Part shown: positions 38,591 through 48,649 of the stretch, piece after piece | How positions within the stretch are numbered: position 1 is the stretch's first letter | Layout: the number at the start of each line of letters is the position of its first letter | Source: Azolla caroliniana | Taxonomy: Eukaryota; Plantae; Polypodiophyta | Length of the DNA: 64,000 bases | Direction of reading: 5' to 3' | Assembly (NCBI GenBank): GCA_043228905.1 | Contig: JBHGNT010000116.1 | Coordinates: 1 to 64,000 of the forward strand | Program-made: the position numbers and the translations under genes | The notes under the pieces: model-generated | The model's input: the letters and a program-made list of their open reading frames with translations, nothing else | Databases searched by the model: none | What the model was told of the DNA's origin: nothing

Positions 38591-39250
38591 CCGCTGTGAT
38601 GGCACGTCGTCGCACGTCTTCCACTTAGCCTTCTCGGTTCGCTCATCGTCTAGCCGTTGGCACACCCTTCCGACCTTCGACCAGTCCTCCGTAAGCCCAT
38701 TCGCTCCGTCATCGTCTTCGAGCTCCATCCCGATGGCCCCCCGTTCCGCTCGGTCGATCGACCTGACGAACAATAGGACCTTGTCCGTCCCCACCAAACC
38801 TTGTTCCCGCTCCGGGAGCCGAGCAAGCCGTCGCTCCAACTCTCGAAACGCCTTCGTCGCGCCCCGGTGGGTCTTTGCCGATGCGACCCACTGGTCGAAG
38901 TTGTGTCGTCCCCGGCTCTTCCGCCTTCCTCCGTATGCCTTCAGGAGCGCCTCTTCGAAGGCCTCCCACGAACTATGAGCCTCATGGAGCTCCTTTACTT
39001 CCGCACGCATCCGAACAGCTACGACCCGACAGAAGAACTCCAACCTCAACGCCTCGTCTATGCCACGCTCCTCCATATCCGCGTTGTAGGCTCCCAAGTA
39101 AGATGGGACTTTGTCCCCATTGAAACGGTCGACTCTTTCGACCACTCGCTCAACCGCTTGTTGCGCTGCTTCTCGCCTCATTACCACTCGTGCCGACTCC
39201 AACACCACTTCGGCCACCATCACCGCGAGGTCGTCGTCTTCCGACTCCAT
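38591..39250 (-). pseudogene. 5' half of element D Gag-like ORF
   Basis: DRFNG...YNADM, WEAFEEALLKAY, KVLLFVRSID, GLTEDW; alignable by eye to E/F Gag. Confidence 0.85.
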
Positions 39251-40514
39251 CCTCCCTTGCCGCCTTTCACGTCGGGTTCACCAAAGATGTCGCATTGTTA
39301 CGCGCGTGCGTGGAGAAAGGTGGGTCCACGGGGGTCTTGGACTAGGGAGTGACAGAGCGTAGGAAGTCCTACTTCACCGTTTCCGGGGCATCCCAGAAGC
39401 ACACCAAAAGCAACCGAAGGGAGAGAAAGAAAGAGAGGGAGCGCGCGCTTGACACCGACTCACGCGCACACACACACACACACAGAGGCCGACCCGACTC
39501 ACGCCCTTATGTACAGGAAATGTAGGAAAGGGGGAGCGCCCGACACCAACAGAGACACAAATATGCACAGACAGACGCAAATGTAAGTACTACAAGGTAA
39601 AGAATACAACCCCGGCTTCGAGCCGGACCAAGCTACGGTAGGTTACAACAGCAGTCTACAGTCAAGTCGTCGTTCGGGGAGCTCTCGAGCTCGTCACGCG
39701 AAGCGAGGTCTTGCACAGGAGACCAAGCAGCAACAACCCTCAACAGTCCACCCACACCGCGAAGAAGAGGAAGAAGAAGTAGAAGAAACCTAACTCTAAA
39801 CCTAACGGTATACCCTCTAACACAAAAACGGGCAACCCCTTTCACAAAGGGCGCTCCCTTCCTTTTATAGAACAAAGATAGGGATGCGTTAAGATGTGGG
39901 ATAAATCCCAACTTACATGGGATCGCCTGTCCCAACTGGACTACTCTTCGGCGCCATAAAGGCGCCCTCGTTATTCACACTAAATGTACAAGGGTGAGCA
40001 CACATGCTGCACCCCGCCGATGTAGCCAATGTTTCCCGGTTTCCGCCTATGGCCGAAATTCTTCACGACAGCGTGCGTGTAGAAGGGGCGGGACCACGGG
40101 GGTCTCAGACTAGGGAGTAGAGGAGAAAGAATAAGATATGTTTGGAAGCTTAGCTCAAGAGGAGAAGAAGAAAGAATAAGATCATGACATAGGAGGAGAG
40201 ATCGGCGGATGTAAGATACTCAACAAGAAGTATAAAACAAACGAATGATTACAACAATGGTGGCCGTATGGGCCGCACCAAACGACTATGAGAAAACCCT
40301 AACCGAAGATGAATAAGGAAAACCCTAAACGAAAGCCTAACCTTAAAACGGTAAGAACTCTAGACTAAGTGGTATACCTCTCATACGCAAAATAGGCAAC
40401 CCCTTCATAAGTGACCCCTCCCTTCCTTTTATAGCCCAAGGAGGGAAGGACCTTACAATGTGGGATAAAATTTTCCCCTCTCTTTCTATACACCATATCT
40501 GTCATGAGATGGCA

Positions 40515-40569
40515 AGACTCGAACCCATGACCTTATGGTATATGGGCCGAGCTCTTAACCATCTCACCA
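40515..40569 (-). promoter_or_regulatory. tRNA-like Pol III internal promoter in U3 (copy at 45746-45800)
   Basis: A-box-like TGGTGAGATGG and B box GGTTCGAGTCT, starts 44 nt apart. Confidence 0.6.
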
Positions 40570-40629
40570 TCTATTGTAATTCATAGAATATTATTTTCAT
40601 TTATGTTTTATTATAAGAAAGTAATGTAT

Positions 40630-40690
40630 ATTCCAGATTTCTCTGGAACATTCTAGAAGCTTCAGGATTATTCCTGAGAACACTATAAAA
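40630..40690 (+). promoter_or_regulatory. Heat-shock-element array plus TATA box (copy at 45861-45921)
   Basis: GAAcaTTCtaGAAgcTTC at 40646-40663 within ten phased pentamers; TATAAAA at 40684. Confidence 0.75.
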
Positions 40691-40924
40691 GAAGGCACTA
40701 AGCATTATGTTGAACCAAATTGGTTCAACACCAGTCTTAAGCCTCTTAGACGATTTGTACTTATCTTTCATATAATATAAGAGCTGCTGTCATCATCCTA
40801 TCTCTCTCTCTCCTCTTCTCATTTTCTCTCTCTCGGGAATCTTACGCAGTCCCGTCCTCTTAGTACTAATAGTACTACTCTTCTTAGTACTAATTCCATC
40901 TCTGCTTTAGTACTATTCCTGACA

Positions 40925-40938
40925 GTTTGAACCAATTT
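40925..40938 (+). promoter_or_regulatory. Self-priming PBS
   Basis: TTGAACCAATTT is complementary to AAATTGGTTCAA at 40717-40728; there is no TGG tRNA-type PBS. Confidence 0.8.
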
Positions 40939-40992
40939 TTCCTCTAGCCTACTTGTCACTCTCCCTCATCCTCCTACCCTTTTCCCTATACT

Positions 40993-42150
40993 ATGGCTAC
41001 TGTTAGCGCCCAAGAATACCAATCCGTTTTCTCCGAGCTACAGTGCCTAAAAGAAAAGTTTGTGGCCCTGGAACAAGAAAACCAACGGCTGATAGGGGAT
41101 CTGCAACAAATCGCTCTCGAAAAACAACAAACGCAACAACAACATGGGGAGTTAGCGTTACGGGTACAACAACTCGAAGCAGCGTTGCAACAACAAGGAT
41201 CCAGTCCCCAAGGATTTCATAAAGAGCCCAAGATTGGACTTCCTGTGAAATTTGATGGAACGCGTTCGCAATTCCGGGGATTCCTTAATCAGGTACGCTT
41301 AGTCATCCAGATGCATCCTTCCCGATATCCCACTGATGCATCTCGAGTCGGCCTAATAGGCACGCTACTTAGCGGCTCAGCCTTGGCATGGTTCGCTCCG
41401 CTTCTAGAAAAACAATCCCCCTTGCTTAATAACTTTGAAGATTTTATTGGTGAGTTTAAAGCCTGCTTTGGAGACACCGACAGCATCAGGACGGCGATCA
41501 ACAAGATCCGGCGATTGCGTCAAGGCGATCGTCCAGCCTCTGCTTACGCGGCGGATTTCCGCCTACTTGCTTCAGATATACCCTGGGATGATCAAGCACT
41601 AATGGAGCAGTTTCGCTATGGCTTGCGAAACGATGTCAAAGATCTACTTCTCACTTTCCCCGAAGAACCAAAGTCTCTTACGGAGGCAATCAGTCGAGCA
41701 GTTCGATGTGACAACCGCCTGTTCGAACGGCGTTCAGAACGTCAATTACAGATACCACGCTCTAGACCAGAGCCCACTTACGCCGCAGTCGCGGCTAAAC
41801 CATTTGCACGAGACATACCTCAAGCAAATACTTCGACACCGATGGAGATCGATACCATGCGTCGACGCGGCCCGTTATCGGAAGAAGAAAAGCAACGACG
41901 ACGTGCCAATCGATTATGTCTTTATTGCGGTGGACCAGGACATATCGCCATCAATTGTCCCCATAGGCCAAGAAGACAGGTAAATCAAATCGTCGCCTGT
42001 ACTAAACCCGAGTCAATTCTTCCCTTCGGAGTGTCTGATAGTATTAATAGTACTAATAGAGTGTCAGATAGTATTCATAGTACTAATAGCCCAAGTATCT
42101 CAAATAAATTTGAAATCCTTAGTCAATTAGATGAAGAGTTAAACGATTGA
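40993..42150 (+). CDS. gag: Chromovirus Gag
   Basis: Coiled coil, PVKFDG...ALAWF, LRQG...YAADF, PMEID, CLYCGGPGHIAINC. Confidence 0.95.
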   Translation: MATVSAQEYQSVFSELQCLKEKFVALEQENQRLIGDLQQIALEKQQTQQQHGELALRVQQLEAALQQQGSSPQGFHKEPKIGLPVKFDGTRSQFRGFLNQVRLVIQMHPSRYPTDASRVGLIGTLLSGSALAWFAPLLEKQSPLLNNFEDFIGEFKACFGDTDSIRTAINKIRRLRQGDRPASAYAADFRLLASDIPWDDQALMEQFRYGLRNDVKDLLLTFPEEPKSLTEAISRAVRCDNRLFERRSERQLQIPRSRPEPTYAAVAAKPFARDIPQANTSTPMEIDTMRRRGPLSEEEKQRRRANRLCLYCGGPGHIAINCPHRPRRQVNQIVACTKPESILPFGVSDSINSTNRVSDSIHSTNSPSISNKFEILSQLDEELND

Positions 42151-45100
42151 GTCCAGCCAAAATAGGAGCCATTTGGTTGGACAGCAGCCCTAGATCTGTA
42201 CAGCCCATTAGTGGTTCCATTCCTTCCAAGCAAGTTAGCAATGTGTTCCTAGCCCAAGTCATTGTTAGTACTAAAAGTACTCCCCCAGTACCCGTCCTAG
42301 CACTTTTAGATTCCGGAGCTAATTCCTGTTTCATGGATCGAAATTTTGCCCAAGCTTCTCAGATATCCTTAAGAAAACTTCCTTGTCCCGCATCTGTAGT
42401 GGTCATTGATGGTCGTCCCATTGCTTCCGGGAATATTGTAGAAGAATCAGAACCCATTCAAGTTGTCCTAGGTAGTTTTGTGTGTATAATATCATTTAAT
42501 ATAATTAGTAGTCCAGAGCATCCCATTGTCCTAGGATTACCTTGGCTTGAATTACATAATCCAGCCATAGATTGGAGAACAAGAGAAGTCCGATATCGAC
42601 CACCCCAAGAATCAACTCACCGAGTTTCGACCATTTCACTCCATCAACTACGTGAAGAAGGACCCAAGGAGGCAATGTTCCTATTTGCCATATCAGTACA
42701 TCCTTCCAGCACTATTAAGAAGGACTCCTCAGTACAACTTCCGGCAAAATATCATCCTTATGCCGATGTATTTGACAAGGTAAAAGCCGGTACCCTTCCT
42801 CATCACCGTCCCTATGACTGTCCCATTGATTTACAACCAGGAACCGAGCCACCATGGGGACCAATTTACAACTTGTCACCCACCGAGTTAGAAGTCCTTC
42901 GAGCCTACATAGAGGAGAACTTGGCAAGCGGGTTCATCCGTCATTCGAAATCTCCGGCCGGTGCACCCATCTTCTTTGTCAAGAAGAAAGATGGCTCACT
43001 TCGTCTTGTCGTTGATTACCGCGGATTGAATAAAGTCACCATCCGGAATAGGTATGCACTTCCTCTTATATCAAGTCTTTTAGAGCGAGTTAATGGTGCC
43101 AAGTTTTTTACTAAAATCGACCTACGAGGAGCGTATAATCTCGTGCGGATCCGACCGGGAGATGAGTGGAAGACCGCTTTTCGCACGCGGTATGGGCATT
43201 TCGAGTATACTGTTATGCCGTTTGGCCTAACCAATGCACCCGCAGTCTTCCAACACATGGCAAATGATATATTCAGAGACCTCTTAGATATCTGTTTGAT
43301 CATTTATCTGGATGATCTGTTGATTTATTCGAAGACCCAGGAAGAGCACGATTCTCATGTACTATTAGTACTAAAGCGACTCCGCGAGAATGGTCTTTAT
43401 GCCAAGCTAGAAAAATGTAGCTTTGACTGCAAGCAAGTGGAATTTCTAGGCTACGTCATCTCCTCAAAGGGCATCGCCATGGATCCAGCTAAAGTCCAAA
43501 CTATACTAGAGTGGCAAATTCCACGGTCGGTACGAGATGTACAATGTTTTCTAGGTTTTGCTAACTTCTACCGTAAGTTTATACAGGATTACTCGAAGAT
43601 TATCTTACCCCTCACACAACTTACGAAGAAGGGCCAAGCATTTCTTTGGTCCATTGAAGCAGATATGGCTTTTCGGCATCTTAAGAAAGCCTTTACATCA
43701 GCACCGATTCTAGCTCATGTGGATACTAGCAAACCATTCATCATGGAGGCCGATGCTTCAGATTTCGCCCTCGGTAGCATCCTTTCTCAACAAGGAGATA
43801 AAGAAGAGTTGCATCCGGTGGCTTTCCATTCGCGCAAATTCGATGTTGCGGAAATCAACTACGAAATACATGACAAGGAGTTATTAGCCATCGTGGATTC
43901 ATTTGTGCAATGGCGGCATTTCTTAGAGGGCTCTCCACATCAGGTCGTTGTCTTTAGTGATCATAAAAATCTTGCTTATTTCCAGAACGCTCGCGTACTA
44001 AATCGACGGCAAGCTCGGTGGGCGCAATTCCTCACGCGTTTCGACTTCAAAATCACATATCGACCGGGGAAGCAGCAAGGAAAAGCAGATGCACTGTCAC
44101 GGCGTTCATATCTTGCACCTCGTCCTGGTGATCCAACATTTGATAATCAAAAGCAAGTAATCTTGGGACCAGCACGATTGCACACGACGCGGATTTTTCA
44201 CACCCCGATGGATTCACGGATTACCGACGACATACGTGCAAACTTGAAGACGGATAGTTTTGCTCAAAACATCTTGGCACACATTGATACTTCTCGGGCA
44301 TCCTGTTCTCAGTCTCAACAACCAGGTATTGACTACCGACAATTCGAATATCATGATGGTTTGTTATTCTTTAAAAAGCGCGTATATGTCCCCGATTGCT
44401 CCTGTCGCCTTCACATCGTCCAGCATTGTCACGACACCCATACGGCGGGACATTTCGGTAGTACTAAGACGTTGGAGCTAGTGCAACGATCTTTTTGGTG
44501 GCCCCACATGCGTCGTTTTATCGATGACTACGTTCGGACCTGTGATGCTTGCTGCCGAGCAAAGATGCCACGACACCATCCATATGGCTTGTTGGAACCC
44601 TTACCGATTCCAAGTAAGCCGTGGCAATCTATTTGTCTTGATTTTATCACAGATTTGCCGGTCTCGCAGGGGTTCGATGCTATCTTAACCGTCGTTGATC
44701 GATATACGAAGATGGCACATTTTGTTCCATGTACTAAGGCCATCACTAGCGAGGAAACCGCCGTCCTAGTCATGCGTGAGGTATTTCGGCATCATGGCCT
44801 CCCAGACAGTATCATTAGTGACCGGGGACTGCAATTTGTCTCCAAATTTTGGCAGCATCTCTTCAAGATGCTCAAGGTCTCTTGCAACCTCTCCTCCGGC
44901 TACCATCCTCAGACCGATGGGCAGGCAGAACGAACAAACCAAACGTTGGAGCAATATCTCCGGTGTTTCCTGAGTTATCAACAAGACGATTGGGCCGAGA
45001 TTCTCCACTTTGCGGAGTTTGCGTATAATAATGCTGTTCACTCCTCGACTCGAGTCTCCCCATTCTACGTGTATACCGGTTCTCATCCTCGCTGGTCGGT

Positions 45101-45719
45101 GATCGACACCCCGGAGCTACCTACCAATCCTCGTGTCGGGGATCATTTGGAGAGACTACGCAAGATCCAGACAGATCTCTCGACTCATCTTCGTCATGCT
45201 CAACAGACACAGAAGATTTACGCGGATCGTCATCGGCTTCCCTCCTCTTTTGCGATCGGAGATCGAGTATGGCTCTTACGTCGTCACATCAAGACTACTC
45301 GACCATGCGACAAGTTGGATTATCGACGACTCGGTCCTTTCCTTATTACGGGTAAAGTTAATGATGTCACCTTCCGCCTTGATCTCCCTCCGCCGCTTCA
45401 GCTACATCCGGTTTTCCATTGTTCCCTTCTTGAACCTTATAAAGCAAACACCATTCCCAATCGTGTTACACCACCGCCGCCCCCGCTGGAGTTGGACACC
45501 GGCCCGGAGTATGAAGTTGCTGCCATCCTCGATTCCAAACTTCTTCGCAACAAACTTTATTATTTGGTCGATTGGGTTGGTTATAGTCCGAGCGAACGCA
45601 CTTGGGAACCTGTCGAGCATGTTGCCAATGCTCAGGATTTGCTTGCTGATTTCCACCGAAAGTATCCGGACAAACCCGGTCCGCAATCAGCGCCGACTCG
45701 TTCCACTCGTCGTCTTTAA
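42138..45719 (+). CDS. pol: Chromovirus Pol (PR-RT-RH-IN-chromodomain), -1 frame
   Basis: LLDSGA, YLDDLL, DASD, HHCC, HPQTDGQAER, GPF, EYEVAAILDS...YLVDWVGY...TWEP. Confidence 0.96.
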   Translation, partial: VKRLSPAKIGAIWLDSSPRSVQPISGSIPSKQVSNVFLAQVIVSTKSTPPVPVLALLDSGANSCFMDRNFAQASQISLRKLPCPASVVVIDGRPIASGNIVEESEPIQVVLGSFVCIISFNIISSPEHPIVLGLPWLELHNPAIDWRTREVRYRPPQESTHRVSTISLHQLREEGPKEAMFLFAISVHPSSTIKKDSSVQLPAKYHPYADVFDKVKAGTLPHHRPYDCPIDLQPGTEPPWGPIYNLSPTELEVLRAYIEENLASGFIRHSKSPAGAPIFFVKKKDGSLRLVVDYRGLNKVTIRNRYALPLISSLLERVNGAKFFTKIDLRGAYNLVRIRPGDEWKTAFRTRYGHFEYTVMPFGLTNAPAVFQHMANDIFRDLLDICLIIYLDDLLIYSKTQEEHDSHVLLVLKRLRENGLYAKLEKCSFDCKQVEFLGYVISSKGIAMDPAKVQTILEWQIPRSVRDVQCFLGFANFYRKFIQDYSKIILPLTQLTKKGQAFLWSIEADMAFRHLKKAFTSAPILAHVDTSKPFIMEADASDFALGSILSQQGDKEELHPVAFHSRKFDVAEINYEIHDKELLAIVDSFVQWRHFLEGSPHQVVVFSDHKNLAYFQNARVLNRRQARWAQFLTRFDFKITYRPGKQQGKADALSRRSYLAPRPGDPTFDNQKQVILGPARLHTTRIFHTPMDSRITDDIRANLKTDSFAQNILAHIDTSRASCSQSQQPGIDYRQFEYHDGLLFFKKRVYVPDCSCRLHIVQHCHDTHTAGHFGSTKTLELVQRSFWWPHMRRFIDDYVRTCDACCRAKMPRHHPYGLLEPLPIPSKPWQSICLDFITDLPVSQGFDAILTVVDRYTKMAHFVPCTKAITSEETAVLVMREVFRHHGLPDSIISDRGLQFVSKFWQHLFKMLKVSCNLSSGYHPQTDGQAERTNQTLEQYLRCFLSYQQDDWAEILHFAEFAYNNAVHSSTRVSPFYVYTGSHPRWSVIDTPELPTNPRVGDHLERLRKIQTDLSTHLRHAQQTQKIYADRHRLPSSFAIGDRVWLLRRHIKTTRPCDKLDYRRLGPFLITGKVNDVTFRLDLPPPLQLHPVFHCSLLEPYKANTIPNRVTPPPPPLELDTGPEYEVAAILDSKLLRNKLYYLVDWVGYSPSERTWEPVEHVANAQDLLADFHRKYPDKPGPQSAPTRSTRRL

Positions 45720-47419
45720 GGGGGAGATAGTGTCATGAGATGGCAAGACTCGAACCCATGACCTTATGGTATATGGGCCGAGCTCTTAACCATCTCACCA
45801 TCTATTGTAATTCATAGAATATTATTTTCATTTATGTTTTATTATAAGAAAGTAATGTATATTCCAGATTTCTCTGGAACATTCTAGAAGCTTCAGGATT
45901 ATTCCTGAGAACACTATAAAAGAAGGCACTAAGCATTATGTTGAACCAAATTGGTTCAACACCAGTCTTAAGCCTCTTAGACGATTTGTACTTATCTTTC
46001 ATATAATATAAGAGCTGCTGTCATCATCCTATCTCTCTCTCTCCTCTTCTCATTTTCTCTCTCTCGGGAATCTTACGCAGTCCCGTCCTCTTAGTACTAA
46101 TAGTACTACTCTTCTTAGTACTAATTCCATCTCTGCTTTAGTACTATTCCTGACAATATCCTAGTATACATGTGCACATGTTGCACACCATTGACTTGCC
46201 CTTTACACCCCGGTTTCCGCCTATGGACGAAAATCTTCACGACATCGTACTTCTGTCAGCCCGTATGGACTTGTATAAAAGTGTTCGCTGAACACATACT
46301 ATGTACAGAGTGTTGATATAGTTTTTTGAATAGTGATTCTCTCTCTGCTCTCTTTGTCTCTCCCGCGTACTGTTAAGCTCTCCATTAAACCTGTTCTCTG
46401 TTTTCTGTTTTCTATTGCTTAAGCACGATATTTGTTTTTACATAGCACAAGAACAACGGAAACAAACTATAAATTAACAGAGAAACCCAGAATATTACAA
46501 CCGGTCGCGGTCGGCAAAAGAGCTTCGAACTCCACGCGCACACACAGAGATGATGGCGGGCCTCCGATCGAGCGTACACAAGCTACTAGCGTGAAATGGA
46601 GGCCTCGCAGCACGACAACGACAACAAAAACAGAACACAGAGAAGCAGGAGTCTATAGAGCTCGGTCTGTCGGCAATTCGTTTCCCCTCAATCCGATCCG
46701 CAATTAGTTTAATCATGATTATTGCCATTGATTTATTAGATAGAGGAAGAGACAAAACTTTGCTTTATAGAATCTCATTACTATCTCTTATAATTATTAA
46801 TAAGCATGACTCTTCTTTTGTACAATTGGACCATTAAGTCTTGTACAGTGTTTACTAAAAGTATTCAAGTTAGCACTTTTATTAACATATCCAGATTATT
46901 TCTCTTCTTCTTTTTTTCTTCAAAGATTTTCCTCATTAGTATTAAGAAAAACATGTGATTGCTACAACTTTAGCTTATGTGGCCAAAAGCTTACAATTTT
47001 CATGTACAATGATATACGATAATCCTAAGACCAAAGCTAGAACTTTGTAAAAGGTTTTAAAAAAAAGAAATTGCATTCTTCTGTTGTGCTTCACTGTTAA
47101 TCAAGAAAGGGTCCAAGGAAGTTGATAGTTCCATTGAGACCCTTGAATTGACTCAGAGAATAGGGGTAACTTTTTCCATAAGTGAAGGAGCTTCTTCTTT
47201 CTCTTGTTCACAGTCTCTGGTGAACCCTGCATGTTGTCATACTAGCCGCAGACTACTGCCACCAAGTTCTCCCATATCTCACACAAGACATCTGAGAGAC
47301 ACTAATATGTCGCATCATAACGTCGGTTGCATCGACATTTCCATAATGCCCATAACGTTATTGTAGTCACTGTTTTCCATATCTGGGCAAATCACACCTG
47401 CTTTCGAGGTTGTTGAAAG

Positions 47420-48649
47420 GGGCTGACCAATATCAATCTTCTATTATGTACCATCATTGCCTCTTGAACATCATTTGCCTCATACAACATCAAACTGGAA
47501 TGTAACACTCCCCACATTGTTGATCCCCATGAAAATAAGCAACCAACATTTATTGTTAAAAATAACGAAAGAACATTATTTCATACTTGTTGAGCCAAGG
47601 AAGATAACCAAAGGGTATGCTTGGTAGTCTCTTGCACTTTATGGCAAAAGTCACATTGTCAAAGATTAGGTGTTACATTCCCTTTTAATGAGTGGCCAAC
47701 TGGTAAGGCCATATGCACTAATAGCCATTTGAAGAGAATAAATTTAGTTGGCCCCTTGAATGACCAAATCCATTTCCAGTAGGTTTTCAAATGCAAAGTT
47801 GAGACCCCCCAAGTGATCCAATGTTTCTGAGTTGCTGGTATCCTTGCATTCCGAGAAAGCAATAGTGCTCTTCCAGGTTTTACTTAGTATTGAAAGAAAG
47901 GAACCTTTATGATCTGTTCCCCCGAGGAATGTGACCAAAACCAGCCCCCCGAATCCCATGTTAATCTTGCAACCGGGTCTTTTGCATATAACCACAACAT
48001 ATCACACGTATGAGCAATTGAACGATAAGGATCGAGCATCCATTTCTTTCCAAGTTTAGCAACGACTCTAACTGGTGCACTTCGCAAGTGTTGTAGATAA
48101 CTACACTCTAAGGTGTAAGGTTGTAATGTATGATTGTCTAGGACCTTAAAGTAAGAAGCGTGCCCGTTAGGTGAAACTGCCTTGACAGCCACCAATGTGT
48201 CATTTATGAAGCATCCAAACCACATATGTTCCTTCATGGGTTGAAAGGTTGTAGAAAACGAAGAATATGTTGATGATATACTAGCGGTCATTATCTTGGC
48301 ACCATGAACTGATTGTAATTGTGCAAGACGATCTTCTTGTGACATTTGCTGAAAATGATTCCACGTTCTTACAGATGCAACAGGCCCATTATCCAATTTT
48401 TTCCCATGCAAGGTGAGTTCTTAGGCCCAACACTTTTCCTACATTATCCCGAAATAAAGAATTGGCAATAAGAGGTTGATTAAGTTGCGCATCCCACGTA
48501 GAAGGCTTGTCCTTAACCAAGAATGACTTAATCACATCCCATGCCCTTATGATTCCTAGCAAAAATCTATTGGATGCAAGATCCCACCTTGGTGTCTATA
48601 CATCGTTCAGGAATAACCATTTTAAAGAGGGTGACCAAACACCGCCCGT
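47420..48649 (-). mobile_element. Degenerate L1 ORF2 3' region
   Basis: YWKWIWSFKGPTKFILFKWLLVHMALPVG (zf-RVT-like). Boundaries approximate. Confidence 0.65.

Larger units (their letters stand above)
20160..40070 (-). mobile_element. Element D, Gag-only non-autonomous element
   Basis: Similar LTRs at 20160-20941 and 39288-40070, PPT at 20942, PBS 39266-39283. Interior is 20942-21153, 21875-24633 and 38591-39287, with no pol. Confidence 0.88.
40500..46155 (+). mobile_element. Intact chromovirus (Tcn1/Tf1-sushi-like Ty3/Gypsy)
   Basis: 425-bp LTRs at 40500-40924 and 45731-46155 with no difference found by eye. TSD ATATC, PPT 45718-45730, two uninterrupted ORFs. Confidence 0.97.
17262..46244 (-). 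mobile_element. Element B, non-autonomous tRNA-Trp Gypsy derivative
   Basis: 3' LTR 17262-17790, PPT 17791-17805, pol-less interior to 20159, PBS 20138-20155. 5' LTR 40071-40499 plus 46161-46244. TSD CCGT/TCGT. Confidence 0.88.
11734..46442 (+). mobile_element. Ty1/Copia retrotransposon with 3' LTR split by a 29-kb nest
   Basis: 5' LTR 11734-~12139 (TGTTGAGCGG). 3' LTR 17074-17261 plus 46249-46442. PPT TTGAGGGGGAG. Domain order gag-PR-IN-RT-RH. Confidence 0.92.

Noticed and set aside
40503-40575. Functional tRNA genes here and at 51572-51645
   Set aside because: Acceptor and anticodon stems do not form convincingly; reported only as promoter-like cassettes.
40993-45719. Domesticated PEG10/RTL1-like host gene
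   Set aside because: Flanked by matching LTRs, PPT and TSD, so it is a mobile element.
11729-46454. Copia TSD CGAAC/AGAAC and a tRNA-iMet PBS
   Set aside because: The LTR end is ambiguous (46442 vs 46449) and the 5' junction near 12139 looks deleted, so neither can be asserted.
46705-47420. Possible host gene in the AT-rich interval
   Set aside because: No recognisable motif or exon structure; probably LINE tail or decayed spacer.
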